Below are positions 30,680 to 42,583 of a stretch of 64,000 nt of DNA, piece after piece. The translations under genes and the position numbers were made by a program. The stretch comes from an uncultured Phycisphaerales bacterium (GTDB lineage: Bacteria; Planctomycetota; Phycisphaerae; Tepidisphaerales; Tepidisphaeraceae), in the NCBI GenBank assembly GCA_963758525.1, contig CAVWVQ010000003.1:352001-416000 (forward strand), in the 5' to 3' direction. The number at the start of each line of letters is the position of its first letter. Position 1 is the first letter of the stretch. Below the pieces are notes generated by a model. That model saw only the letters and a program-made list of their open reading frames with translations, had not been told where the DNA came from and did no database searches.

Positions 30680-33288
30680 ATGCGATCTGAATTGTGCAAA
30701 ACCGCCCGCCGCCTCTCCGGAGGGCAGACAAACGCGGGTCGGGCAAAAGCGATTGGTGATTGCAAATTGCAAATTGCAAATTGCAAATCTGGGACAGGCA
30801 CGCGCTCGCTTCCCACATTTTGCAATTTGCAATTTGCAATCCCCAATTTGCAATCATGGATTCCCCGCCTGGTCATCGCCCTCTCGATGGTAACCTGCTC
30901 AATGTCTGCGACGCGCACCGCCGACGCCACTGGTCCGGAGGTCTTCGAGGTCTTTCCGACGCAGATTCGACTGAACACCACGCGGGCGGCTCAGTCGCTC
31001 GTCGCGCACGTCGTCGCGCCAGACGGCGTCACGCATGATGTCACCGGCGACGTCCAGTTTGTTCTGCCGACGCCCGCGATTGTTCGCGCCGATGGAAATG
31101 TATTTCATCCCGTTGCCGATGGGTCCGGCCAACTGCAGGTGAAGTATCGCGAACACGTCGTGAACGTTCCTGTTGAGGTGAAAAACGCGACGGTCGATCG
31201 CCCGATCAGCTTCCGGCTCGACGTGATGCCGATCTTCATGCGCGCCGGCTGCAACAGCGGCGCATGCCACGGCTCGGCTCGCGGGAAAGACGGATTTCAT
31301 CTGTCGCTGTTCGGATACGACCCCGACGGCGACTACGACCGGCTGACACGCGAGCTCGCAACGCGCCGAATCAATCTCGCGCTGCCCGCCGAGAGCCTGC
31401 TGCTCACCAAGGCCACGGGAAAAGTTCCGCACACGGGCGGCACGCGATTCAAGGAGGATTCGCCGCTCTACGCGACGATCATGCGCTGGCTCGACGCCGG
31501 TGCGCCGCACGATCCGCCAACGGTTGCCGCCCCGACCTCCGTCGAACTGCTGCCTCATCAGGCGGTGCTGGAAGGCGCTGGCGCTCATCAGCAGTTCACT
31601 CTCCTGGCCCACTATTCCGACGGCACCGACCGCGACGTCACCAACCTCGCGCTGTTCCTCAGCAACAACGACAACTCCGCCAGGATTGACGAGACCGGCC
31701 TGGCGACCGCTGCCAATCGCGGCGAGGCGTTTGTCATGGCGCGCTTCGCGACCTTCACCGTCGGCTCCCAGGTCATCGTCATCCCGAAAGACGCCGTCTA
31801 TCGCTGGCCTGACGTCCCCGAGAGCAACTTCATCGACACGCTGGTGAACAACAAGCTCAAGAAACTCCGCATGCTGCCGTCGGACCTGTGCAGCGATGAG
31901 GTCTTTCTCCGCCGGGCGTATATCGACGTCATCGGATTGCTCCCGACGCGCGAAGAGCACGATCGCTACATGGCCAGCACCGATCCGCTCAAGCGCGACA
32001 AACTCATCGACGAACTGCTGGGGCGAAAGGAATTTGTAGAGCTTTGGGTGATGAAGTGGGCGGAGTTGCTGCAGATTCGCTCCGACGGCGACCGCCTCAG
32101 CTACAAATCCACGCTGCTGTTTTACAACTGGCTGCAGGAGCGCCTGACCGCGAACGTCCCGATGGACAAAATCGTCCAGGAGCTTTTGGTCGCCAACGGC
32201 GGCACGTTCAAGAACCCCGCGACCAACTACTATCAGATCACGACCGAAAACCTGAAGCTGGCGGAAAACACCGCGCAGGTCTTCATGGGAATGCGCATTC
32301 AGTGCGCCCAGTGCCACAACCATCCGTTCGATCGCTGGACGCAGAACGACTACTACAGCTTCGCCGCCTTCTTCGCGCAGATCGGGCGGAAGCAGGCGGA
32401 AGACCCGCGGGAAACCATCATCTTCAACAGCGGCGGCGGCGAAGTGACTCATCCCGTCGGCGGGCGGGTAATGGCGCCAAAGTTCCTTGGCGGCGCGACG
32501 CCCGACGTGAAGGGCAAGGATCGCCGCGAGGTCCTCGCCCAGTGGATCGCGTCGCCGGAGAATCCGTACTTCGCCAAGAATCTGGCGAACATTGTCTGGA
32601 GCCATTTCCTGGGCAAGGGGATCATCGATCCGGTTGACGACGTGCGGGTGAGCAATCCGGCGGTCAATCCCGAATTGCTCGAGGCGCTCGGCCAGAAGTT
32701 CCAGGAATATCACTACGACTTCAAACGCCTCGTCAAAGACATCTGCACGTCGCGCACGTATCAGCTCGCGTCAGAAACCAACCCGACCAACGAGGATGAC
32801 ACGCGCAATTTCTCACACTCGCTGATTCGGCGGATGCGGGCCGAGGTGGTGCTGGATGCGCTGAGCGAAGTGACCGAGACCGCGGAAAAATTCCGCGGGC
32901 TGCCGCTGGGAGCGCGGGCCGTGCAGATCGCCGACGGGACCACCACCGACTATTTCCTGAGAACGTTCGGGCGGGCCACCCGCGAGTCGGTCTGCTCCTG
33001 CGAGGTGGTGATGACGCCGAATCTCTCGCAGGCGCTGGCGCTGCTGAACGGCAATCTCGTGCAGCGAAAGATCCAGCAAAGCCCGGTGTTGCGGCGATTG
33101 CAGGAGACGAACAGCCCGCCGAGCGCCGCGATTGATGAAATGTATTTGCGCTGCTTCTCGCGCCCCCGATGCCGGCGGAGGAGCAGGCGCTGGTGCAGGA
33201 GTTCAACTCGGAGCCGGATCATCGCAAGGCGCTGGAAGACACGTTCTGGGCGCTGCTGAATTCGCAGGAGTTCATGTTCAACCATTGA
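30680..33288 (+). CDS. Ig-like + DUF1549 (PSCyt2) + DUF1553 (PSD1) protein (frameshift near 33165)
   Basis: SFRLDVMP..CNSGACHG, FLRRAYID, CAQCHNHPF, NPYFA and FGRATR; ends WALLNSQEFMFNH. Confidence 0.92.
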
Positions 33289-33404
33289 CGATTTTGTTCG
33301 AATCGGTTTCGTAGGGCGGGATTTATCCCGCCGGGCCTGAATACTTGAGAAACTTGAGGACGTGCAAAAAAAACGGCGGGATGAATCCCGCCCTGCGCTT
33401 GGCA

Positions 33405-36339
33405 ATGAATAGCATCCGCTCTCATCTTTTCATCGGGACACTGCTTGCGCTGAGCAGCGGCGCCGGCGCTGCGAAGATCAATTATCAGGATCATGCTCTG
33501 CCGATCTTCCGCAATTCCTGCCTGGGGTGTCACAACCCCGACAAGAAAAAGGGCGGGCTCGATCTGACCAGCTGGCAGGCCGCGATGAACGGCGGCAGCG
33601 ACGGCGCGGTGATCAATCCGGGAGACGCGGAGGGCAGCCTGCTCTATCGCGTGATCATGCACGAAGACGAACCGAGCATGCCCCCCAAGCGCGACAAGCT
33701 CCCGCAGGCGGAGCTGGACATGATCAAGAAATGGATCATCGCCGGAGCGCTCCCCACCGCCAGCGGAAAACCCGCGAAGTCTGCGAAGCCGAAGATCGAT
33801 CTGTCGTTCAAGGCCCCCGCCGGCCATCGTCCCGACGGGCCGCCTCCGATGCCGCATGATCTGCTGCTGGAATCAGTGGTGCATGCGCAGCGACCCGGCG
33901 CTGAGCGCGCTGGCGTCGAGCCCGTGGGCGCCGCTGGTCGCGGTCGCGGGGCAGCACGAAGTGCTTCTTTATAATCCGCAGTCTCTGTCGCTGCTGGGCG
34001 TGCTTCCTTTTGCCGAGGGTCAGCCACAGGTGATCAGCTTCAGCGCCAGCGGAAGCCTGCTCCTCGTCGGAGGCGGGCAGGCGGCAAAGAGCGGCAAGGT
34101 AGTTCTGTGGGACGTTGCCACCGGCAATCACATCACCGATGTTGGCGAAGAATTTGACGCGGTGCTCGCCGCGGATATTTCGCCGGATCAAACCCGCGTT
34201 GCCCTTGGCGGACCCAATAAGGTTCTCAAGGTCTACGGCACCAGGGATGGCGCGCTGATCGATACCATCAAAGCCCATACGGATTGGGTGACGGCTGCCG
34301 CCTACAGCCCCGACGGCGTGCTGCTTGCCAGCGGCGACCGGGCCGGGGGACTGTGGGTCTGGGAAGCAAAAACCGATCGCGAGTTTTACAACCTGGCCGG
34401 TCACAAGGCCGCCATCACCTCAGTTGCCTTCCGTCCCGACTCCAACATCCTCGCCAGCGCCAGCGAAGACGGGACGATCAAACTCTGGGATATGAACAGC
34501 GGCAAGGAGGCGCGGAGCTGGCAGGCGCACGGCGGCGGTGTGCTCTCGGTCTCCTTCGCGCCGGACGGCCGAATCGTCTCCTGCGGGCGCGACCGGATCG
34601 TGCGGGTCTGGAATGCTGACGGCTCGCCGCTCAAGCAGTTCGATGCCTTCAACGATATCGCGCTCAAAGCCGTCTTCTCGCAGGACGGCAACCGCGTCGT
34701 CGCCGGCGACTGGACCGGCGAGATTCGCGTCTGGAACGTCGCCGACGGAAAACAGATCGGATCGCTCGATCCCAATCCGCCGCCGCTCTCGGATCGAATC
34801 AATGGCGCGTCGCAGCGCGTCGCGTCGCTGCAACCTGCCGCCGACAAAGCTGCCGCGGAACTCGCGGCGGCCCGCGAAGGGCAAGCTACCGCCGAGCGGT
34901 CTTTGCAGGCGGCGCAGGCGGCTTTCGACAACGCCAGGCGTGCGGCGAACGATGCAACGGCTCGCGCGGGGGCGATGACTGCCGCGGAACATGCCGCGGG
35001 CGATGCGCTGGGCGCGGCCAGGCAAGCGGCGCAGTTGAAGATAGCGGAGTTCGATCGGCTGACGCAGGCGCAGCAGCAGGCAACCGCGGCGCGCGACAAC
35101 GGGCAGCACGATGCCGACGCGGCGCATATTGCGCTGCTTCAGAGCCAGCAAAGCCTCGACGCGGCAACCAAAGCGCTCGCCGATGCCAAGGCGGCAGCGG
35201 CGAACAACCCGGCTACTCAGCCATCCGCTTCCGCTGTGACCCAGGCGCAGGCGGCGGTCGATCAGGCAAACGCCGATCTCGCTCGATCGCAGCAAGCAGA
35301 CGCTGACAAGTCGAATCAATTGAAACAACTGGCCGAGGTGTTGAACCGCGCCCAGACGGATGCCGCCCGAGCCAACTCACAGCTCATTGAATTGCGCAAA
35401 GTAGTCGCCGACAAAGACCATGCGCATGGCGACGCGATCGCTCAGTTGCAGTCCGCCGGGCAGGCATTGTCCAAAGCGCAAAACGACGTCCCGGCCGCGG
35501 AGAAGCAGATCGCTCCGCGGCAGGAGGAGCTGAAAAACGCCCAGCAGCGCGTTGCGCAGGCCAGCGCCGCGGCTGATGGCGCGAACGGGCAGCTTGCCGC
35601 CGCCCGCAGCGAGCTTTCCCGCCTGAAAGCCGGGCAGTTTTTCCTGACCGTCTACTCTGCCCGCAAGGAACTGGCGGATTGCCAGCAGCAACAGCAGCAG
35701 ATGTCGGAAGCCTTTTCCGCGGCACAGTCCGCAGCCGACAAAGCGAACGGCGAGCTCGCCGCCTCACAAAAGGCGCTGGCTGACGCCCCCGCTCGGATCG
35801 CGGCAAGGCAGGATGCGATCAATCAAGCGAAAGATGCGCAAAGCGCCGCCAACGCCGCAGTCGCTGCCGCGCAGGCGATCGCCGAACGCAAACAATCATT
35901 GCGCGATGAGGCGGCAACGCTATCGCAGCGGATTCACGACCAGGCCGTCAAAGCTCCCGACGACAAAACGCTGACCGACGCTGCCGGCAAAGCCGCGGCG
36001 ACGCTCGACGTCCTGGGGACGGATGTCGCCGCCGCAAATCAGATGGTCGGACAAATGACAGCGCAGGCGAAAGCCACCAGCGAGCGCGTCACGTCCGCGG
36101 AAGCAGCCATGGCCCGCGAGCAGGCGGACATCGCCGGCGCCCCCAAGGCAATCGAACTGCTGAAAGCCGCCGTTGCCTCCGCGCAGGCGGAGATGCCCGC
36201 GAAGAAATCCGCGCTGGATGACGCCACCCATGCGTGTGAAATCGCCAGGTCAAAGGCTGAGCAACTTGAAGGGGATTATCACAAGATGGTTCAGGAAGCC
36301 GGATCCGGTTCCAACAGCTTGCCGCCCGGCAAGAGTTGA
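33405..36339 (+). CDS. Planctomycete cytochrome c (PSCyt1) + WD40 repeats + long Ala/Gln coiled coil (frameshift near 33897)
   Basis: CLGCH haem motif, MPP..WI..GA, several GH..WD repeats, then a roughly 500-aa heptad-rich tail. Confidence 0.9.
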
Positions 36340-36356
36340 TCGAGTGAAGCATTTAC

Positions 36357-36411
36357 GTAGCACAGCCGTCTCAGCTGTGGCCCAGAGTCACAGCCGAGAC
36401 GGCTGTGCTAC
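36357..36411. repeat. GTAGCAC-type REP hairpin
   Basis: GTAGCACAGCCGTCTCAGCTGTG..CACAGCCGAGACGGCTGTGCTAC. Confidence 0.8.
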
Positions 36412-36447
36412 GGGGAATCGCGATCCGCGACTTCCGCATTCGTTCGT

Positions 36448-36810
36448 TCAAAGCCCCTGCGGCATTCGTTCCCGCAAAAACTTTCGGCCCGATCCGTGCG
36501 GGGCAATGTATCCCTTTTGTCGCCAGCGATCCCAGATCAGCATGTGCGTTGCCGCGCTGGCGCTGCTGCCGATGTCGGCTTCGTAATGTTCCTCCAGCTT
36601 TGCGGCGATGGAAATATAAGAGATCCAGACCCCTCGATCGGCGGCAACGGGCAGCCCATCATCCCACATCGGCCCCAGCTCGCGGTCCCAATAGAAGCCG
36701 ACAAACCGCTCGCCGCGAACGTACCCGAGAACGTCCCCCGTGCGGTATGGCAATGGAATTGCCACTTGAACAAAATCATCCGGCAGCCCTGCGGCCGCTA
36801 GCGTAGGCAT
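36448..36810 (-). CDS. Hypothetical protein
   Basis: 120-aa ORF with globular composition (LGYVRGERFVGFYWD..WDDG..THMLIWDR). Confidence 0.6.
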   Translation of the reverse strand: MPTLAAAGLPDDFVQVAIPLPYRTGDVLGYVRGERFVGFYWDRELGPMWDDGLPVAADRGVWISYISIAAKLEEHYEADIGSSASAATHMLIWDRWRQKGYIAPHGSGRKFLRERMPQGL

Positions 36811-36919
36811 GGCACCATCCAAGCAAAAGATCAGGAAACCCAGAGAATTGTAGTCTGACGCAGACGCCCGCGGAGGGCAAAATTTGCCGGAGATATCGCT
36901 GCCATGCCTCGTTTGAACG

Positions 36920-37603
36920 TCAAAGGCTTTCCCTATTTTCCCATTTTTCCTCTGCTTCGGACTGACGCAGATAGAGCGGAGCGAGCAGATCGGGATCTGT
37001 AAATTCGCCGGCCCGCGACATGGGTGCGCCCAGACGCGCGACATTCGCGGCAGTCGGAACCCAGCACCGCGCGTCGGTCACAATGATCCCGGATTCGGCG
37101 GGCGGCGCGTGAAAGCCGAGTCCTTCGCCGATCAGATAAATCGGGCGCGGCGAGCGATTGATCGCGTCGGTGAGCTGGTCGAGGTGCGCCGGCTCGCGCT
37201 CGATCCAGAGTGTGTTCACTTTCTCATATCGTGCGGCAAAGATCGATCCGCGCCGCGCGTCGAGCACGATCAGCACGTGTCGTGCGTCCGGCGGCGCGTT
37301 TTCCGCCAGCACGCGAGCGGACGGCACGGCGACCAGCTTCGCGCCAACGGCCATGGCAAGCGTCTTGGCGAGGGTGATGCCGATGCGGAGACCGGTGAAC
37401 GAACCGGGACCGACCGATGCGTAGATTTCTTGAAGGTCGCCAGGAGCCCAGCCACGGGCGCGGAGCAACGCGTCAAGGCGCGGCACCATCTCGGCGGCAT
37501 GCTTGAGGCCGTGAGGAAAGATCGCTTCGGCGAGAACCTGCCCGGCTTCGATGATGGCAAGCGAGCCCGCCCGGCCGGAAGTTTCAATCGCCAGAGCACG
37601 CAT
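36920..37603 (-). CDS. tsaB: tRNA threonylcarbamoyladenosine biosynthesis protein TsaB
   Basis: ALAIETS, HAAEMVP, GPGSFTGLRIG, DARR and PLYLR. Confidence 0.95.
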   Translation of the reverse strand: MRALAIETSGRAGSLAIIEAGQVLAEAIFPHGLKHAAEMVPRLDALLRARGWAPGDLQEIYASVGPGSFTGLRIGITLAKTLAMAVGAKLVAVPSARVLAENAPPDARHVLIVLDARRGSIFAARYEKVNTLWIEREPAHLDQLTDAINRSPRPIYLIGEGLGFHAPPAESGIIVTDARCWVPTAANVARLGAPMSRAGEFTDPDLLAPLYLRQSEAEEKWENRESL

Positions 37604-37757
37604 TACCGCTGGAGCATTCCTTGTGCGAAGAACGATCGGCGCCAAGAAGCCCCGGATGTACATCCGCGGCTGCGAGGAGCGTCCGATACGTTAAACGAAC
37701 AATGCTCTCACGGGTTTTCTCCGCGGTCAATGAAGAGTCGGGAGATGACAGACTTGA

Positions 37758-37900
37758 GGGTGTGGCGCTCGAAAGTGGCGATCGGCTCCGAGTAGGGCGG
37801 GATTCATCCCGCCGATTTGTTGGCCGGCTGAGAAAACGGCGGGATGAATCCCGCCCTACGATCGCAAAATCTGCAATCGCCACAAATAAAAGCTACACCC
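37758..37900. mobile_element. 143-bp MITE, copy 2 (inverted relative to copy 1)
   Basis: Direct repeat CAGACTTGA at 37749-37757 and 37901-37909; two mismatches to copy 1 by my reading. Confidence 0.88.
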
Positions 37901-37931
37901 CAGACTTGATGTACTCCCCCCGAGACGATCA

Positions 37932-38978
37932 TCACTTCGAGTTCGGAGCCATACCCAGTACCAAACCGGCGGCGAGCATCATTAAAGCCGCGCCGGTGAG
38001 ATACAGGTTTGATCGCGGCTCGCGGCACAGCGCGGCAAACCATCCGCCGGTGGGCTGATATGGCGGCAGCGGAACGGGCCGGGGAATCGTCGTCAGCTCG
38101 TAGGGAGACATCGACGCGGCGCGATTGTCAGACCCATCATTCCAGACGCGGCTTCCCTCGCGGACGATGTTCATCTGCCGTTGCGCCAGACGCTCGGCCA
38201 ATCCGGAATCATCGTTCACGCGCTTGAGAAATTCGTCGTTGACGGCAACTTGTTGCTGGATGGACTCCAGATCGCGCCGCAGCAACTCCTTCTGATATGC
38301 CATCCGGCGATTGGTGTCCGCCTGGGGAATGATCAGGCAGCAGCCGATCAGGCCGATCCCGAGGCAAAGCAGCGGAATCGTCCAGCCGCCGCCGCGAGAA
38401 GGACCCAGGAGCGATTCGTCCGAGTCATCCAACGATGTTCGCGTACTGTCGCAGGCGGGCTGCCCTCGCGTTTCCCCCTCCTCTGGCACTGCGGGGGATC
38501 GCTGGAGTGGGGGCGGCGTTGCAACGACGCGCCTGACCGAATTCGTCTGACCCTCCGCAAAACGGCCCCCACCCTGACCCTCCCCCGGAGTACCAGGGGA
38601 GGGGAAAATCAGCTCGTCCTTTGCCGATGATCGCAGGTCTCCGCCGGGGGTAGGAGCTGCCCCCTGCCACTTAGTACCAGGGGAAGGGAAAACGAGTTCG
38701 TCCTTTGCCGGTGGTCGCAGTTCTCCGCCGCCGGTGGCGGCTTCCCCATCCCCTGGTACTCCGGGGGAGGGCTGGGGCGGGGGCGGCGTTATTTCGACGC
38801 GTCCGACCGGCTTAGTGCGACCTTCCGCAAGACGGTCCCCGCGCTGGCCCTGCCCCAGAGACACAGCCGTCACCGGCTCGCGGTCCACCTCTTCCGGCTC
38901 GATCGACTCCCACGGCGAAGGCGCGTCCTCGTCAACATCCGTGTTTCGCACGCCCGTGTCATCGCCGATCAAGTTCAT
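37932..38978 (-). CDS. Membrane protein with FtsB/DivIC-like TM + coiled coil; repeat-derived Pro/Gly-rich N-terminus; second C-terminal TM
   Basis: ATG 1 nt after the eno stop; TM WTIPLLCLGIGLIGCCLIIP, coiled coil, then DDSGLAERLAQRQMNIVREG. Confidence 0.65.
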   Translation of the reverse strand: MNLIGDDTGVRNTDVDEDAPSPWESIEPEEVDREPVTAVSLGQGQRGDRLAEGRTKPVGRVEITPPPPQPSPGVPGDGEAATGGGELRPPAKDELVFPSPGTKWQGAAPTPGGDLRSSAKDELIFPSPGTPGEGQGGGRFAEGQTNSVRRVVATPPPLQRSPAVPEEGETRGQPACDSTRTSLDDSDESLLGPSRGGGWTIPLLCLGIGLIGCCLIIPQADTNRRMAYQKELLRRDLESIQQQVAVNDEFLKRVNDDSGLAERLAQRQMNIVREGSRVWNDGSDNRAASMSPYELTTIPRPVPLPPYQPTGGWFAALCREPRSNLYLTGAALMMLAAGLVLGMAPNSK

Positions 38979-38979
38979 T

Positions 38980-40274
<1,295 letters not shown>

Positions 40275-40571
40275 TCAGGACGAAGAACCGCCGCCAGACG
40301 CACAAGAAGCGACCGGCAGCTCTCCTTCGATCCTCCTTGAGAGGTTATCGGACGAAAAGAGGGTGAAACTCAAACGGCGTGGCAGTCTATGCGCAGGGCG
40401 AAATGTGTCAAACGTGCGGGAGCGTGGTTTTGCTGTCCCCCTTGTGGTGGGTCGTTCCAACAAAATTTACGGTCGATCGACCCGTGGCAGGGCGGGATTG
40501 ATCCCGCCGCAGCTTGAGAGGCGGCGGGATGAAGCCCGCCCTACACACGCAGTTTCAAGGGGAACCACCCA

Positions 40572-41261
40572 TTAGCCTGCCGAGGGCTTGGAAGCGTCTG
40601 ACGGTTCGGCCGCAGGTAATGGCATTGCCGGTTGCTGCCCGGCCTTTTGGAAGTGCTTCCGAATCCACAACCAGACACCGAACGCCAGTGCAATACAAAT
40701 CACCCCCAGCAGCACCCATCGCTTGCCCTTTGCGACATGCTCGCGAAGCACGTCCATCTGTGTACCAAAGTAGTAGCCTAACGCGATGAAACTTCCGCCG
40801 CTGACGATCGCCGCCAGCCCGTCGGCAATGAGGAATTGCCAGAATGGAAACCGGATGGCGCCGGCGCAAACCACCATGGCGCCGCGGATCCCGGCAAAGA
40901 GCCTGCCGATCGCCACGACCCAGACGCCCCACCGCTTGAAGCGATGCTCAACCCAGAGAATTCGGCTCAGCGTCAGATGCCGGCCGATCAGCGGAACCTT
41001 GGTCACCTCAAGTCCGAACCGTTTTCCGAGATGGTAGAGGACGCAGTCGCCGCCGATGATTCCGCACCATGCGCAAACCGCCGCCAGGGGAAGATTGAGC
41101 CGGCCCATCGCGATGGCGAACCCCGCCCCCAGCAGGGGAATGTCTTCGGGCAGCGGCAACCCCAGTCCGCATGCAAAGAGGAGCGCGAACAGGACGGGGT
41201 AGCCGCCCCGGGCAACCCACTGGAGCACCTGCTCATCGAGATTGGCAAGCAACCAGGGCAT
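40572..41261 (-). CDS. DedA family membrane protein
   Basis: GLPLPEDIPL, GDCVLYHLG, GRLFAGIR and AG..RFPFWQF. Confidence 0.9.
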   Translation of the reverse strand: MPWLLANLDEQVLQWVARGGYPVLFALLFACGLGLPLPEDIPLLGAGFAIAMGRLNLPLAAVCAWCGIIGGDCVLYHLGKRFGLEVTKVPLIGRHLTLSRILWVEHRFKRWGVWVVAIGRLFAGIRGAMVVCAGAIRFPFWQFLIADGLAAIVSGGSFIALGYYFGTQMDVLREHVAKGKRWVLLGVICIALAFGVWLWIRKHFQKAGQQPAMPLPAAEPSDASKPSAG

Positions 41262-41268
41262 GCTTCGG

Positions 41269-41703
41269 TCAGATGTAATACATCTGCTGCTGCGCGCCGG
41301 TGCGCACCGCATACTCGGCAAGTTGCGCCAGCGTCATCTCGTCGAGAACGCCATCGGTGGCTTCGGTCAGTCGGCCGTTGAGAAATTGAACAGCCGCTTC
41401 CCCCGGAGAAAGCTCCTGCCCGCGCTTGGTTTCCTTTGCCGTAAGGCGACCCTCGAGCCGGCGCACCAGTTCCCCCACCTGGATTTCTTCAGGGGGACGC
41501 GAGAGCCGATAGCCCCCTTCCCGTCCGACTTTGCTTTCCAGGAATCCGCCGCGGCGCAGCGTCAGCAGAATCGCTTCGAGGAATTTGGTGGGGAGCTTCT
41601 CCTCGTCGGCAAGATCGCGCGACTGCACAAACCTCGCCGGCCAGAGCCGGGCAAGCGTGACTGCCGCCCGCAATCCGTATTCTGTCTGCTTTGAAACGCG
41701 CAA
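41269..41703 (-). CDS. Rrf2 family transcriptional regulator (no Fe-S cysteines, CymR-like)
   Basis: EYGLRA, FLEAILLTL..G.LES..G..GGYRL.RPPEEI; ends MYYI. Confidence 0.9.
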   Translation of the reverse strand: MRVSKQTEYGLRAAVTLARLWPARFVQSRDLADEEKLPTKFLEAILLTLRRGGFLESKVGREGGYRLSRPPEEIQVGELVRRLEGRLTAKETKRGQELSPGEAAVQFLNGRLTEATDGVLDEMTLAQLAEYAVRTGAQQQMYYI

Positions 41704-41907
41704 TGCCTATGCTCCGGGAAGAACAGGCATCGTAAGGGGGTGCGAGGAGGGGGTCAAACGGGCGTAAGGCCCCGTGACGAAGAAATGGCCAAGGCCCAAT
41801 CGGCAACAAAATCCCAAGCCGCAATCATCAATCGGACACCACCACTGGGCCTTGGGGTTTGGTGCTTTGTTGGCCATTGGGCCTTGGTCATTTCTGCCGT
41901 TAGATCT

Positions 41908-42015
41908 TCAGCGCCGCAGCACCAGCACAATAATCACAATTAGTATGATCAGACCGAGCGATCCGCCGCCGATCCAGATAGCGTCGGCGAGAATGGGAGA
42001 GAAGATGGCATGCAT
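41908..42015 (-). CDS. 35-aa single-TM micropeptide (paralog 1)
   Basis: MHAIFSPILADAIWIGGGSLGLIILIVIIVLVLRR*, with a GGAG RBS; below the ORF-track size cut-off. Confidence 0.8.
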   Translation of the reverse strand: MHAIFSPILADAIWIGGGSLGLIILIVIIVLVLRR

Positions 42016-42172
42016 GAGAATCTCCAGTTTTTTGCAGTAGAAGAAACATCAAATTTCACGGTTCAGAAGCGGTCTTCCGCGTCGGCTCGTGCTCAATGTG
42101 GCCAGCCGCCCTACTTTGATTTGCGTTCCACAGCCGAAGAGCGGCTGTAGCACACGGCGGTGAAACGGGCTG

Positions 42173-42277
42173 CTATCGCCGAACGAGGAGAACGACGATG
42201 ACGACCACGAGAATCAGGCCCAGCGTCCCTCCGCCGATCCAAATGTAATCGCCAAGTATGGGAAGATGAGAAATCAT
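42173..42277 (-). CDS. 34-aa single-TM micropeptide (paralog 2)
   Basis: MISHLPILGDYIWIGGGTLGLILVVVIVVLLVRR*, with a GAGG RBS. Confidence 0.8.
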   Translation of the reverse strand: MISHLPILGDYIWIGGGTLGLILVVVIVVLLVRR

Positions 42278-42388
42278 AAAAACCTCACAGCGGAAAATGT
42301 GTGATTGCGTTCTTTATTTGCCGAAGGGCGGCTCAATCGCGCCGCCGCGGGCGATGTGCGTCGGGCGCATCGCATCACGTTTCATCGA

Positions 42389-42583
42389 TCAACGATCGAT
42401 ATGCACTTCCGTTTGGTGTTCGGGCACGACGACGGTGCGTTCCTCCCGCACGACATGGTCACCGTCACGATAGTCCCGCGCCGCGTGATCGTGATGATGA
42501 TCTCGGTCATCGTCATGATACCAGCATCCTGTCAGGCCGGTGCAAACGATGCTGAGCAACGATAAAAGTGCCAGCGACTTCAT
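42389..42583 (-). CDS. Small His/Asp-rich lipoprotein
   Basis: AAGGAG RBS; MKSLALLSLL..LTG^C lipobox; HDDDRDHHHDH. Confidence 0.75.
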   Translation of the reverse strand: MKSLALLSLLSIVCTGLTGCWYHDDDRDHHHDHAARDYRDGDHVVREERTVVVPEHQTEVHIDR

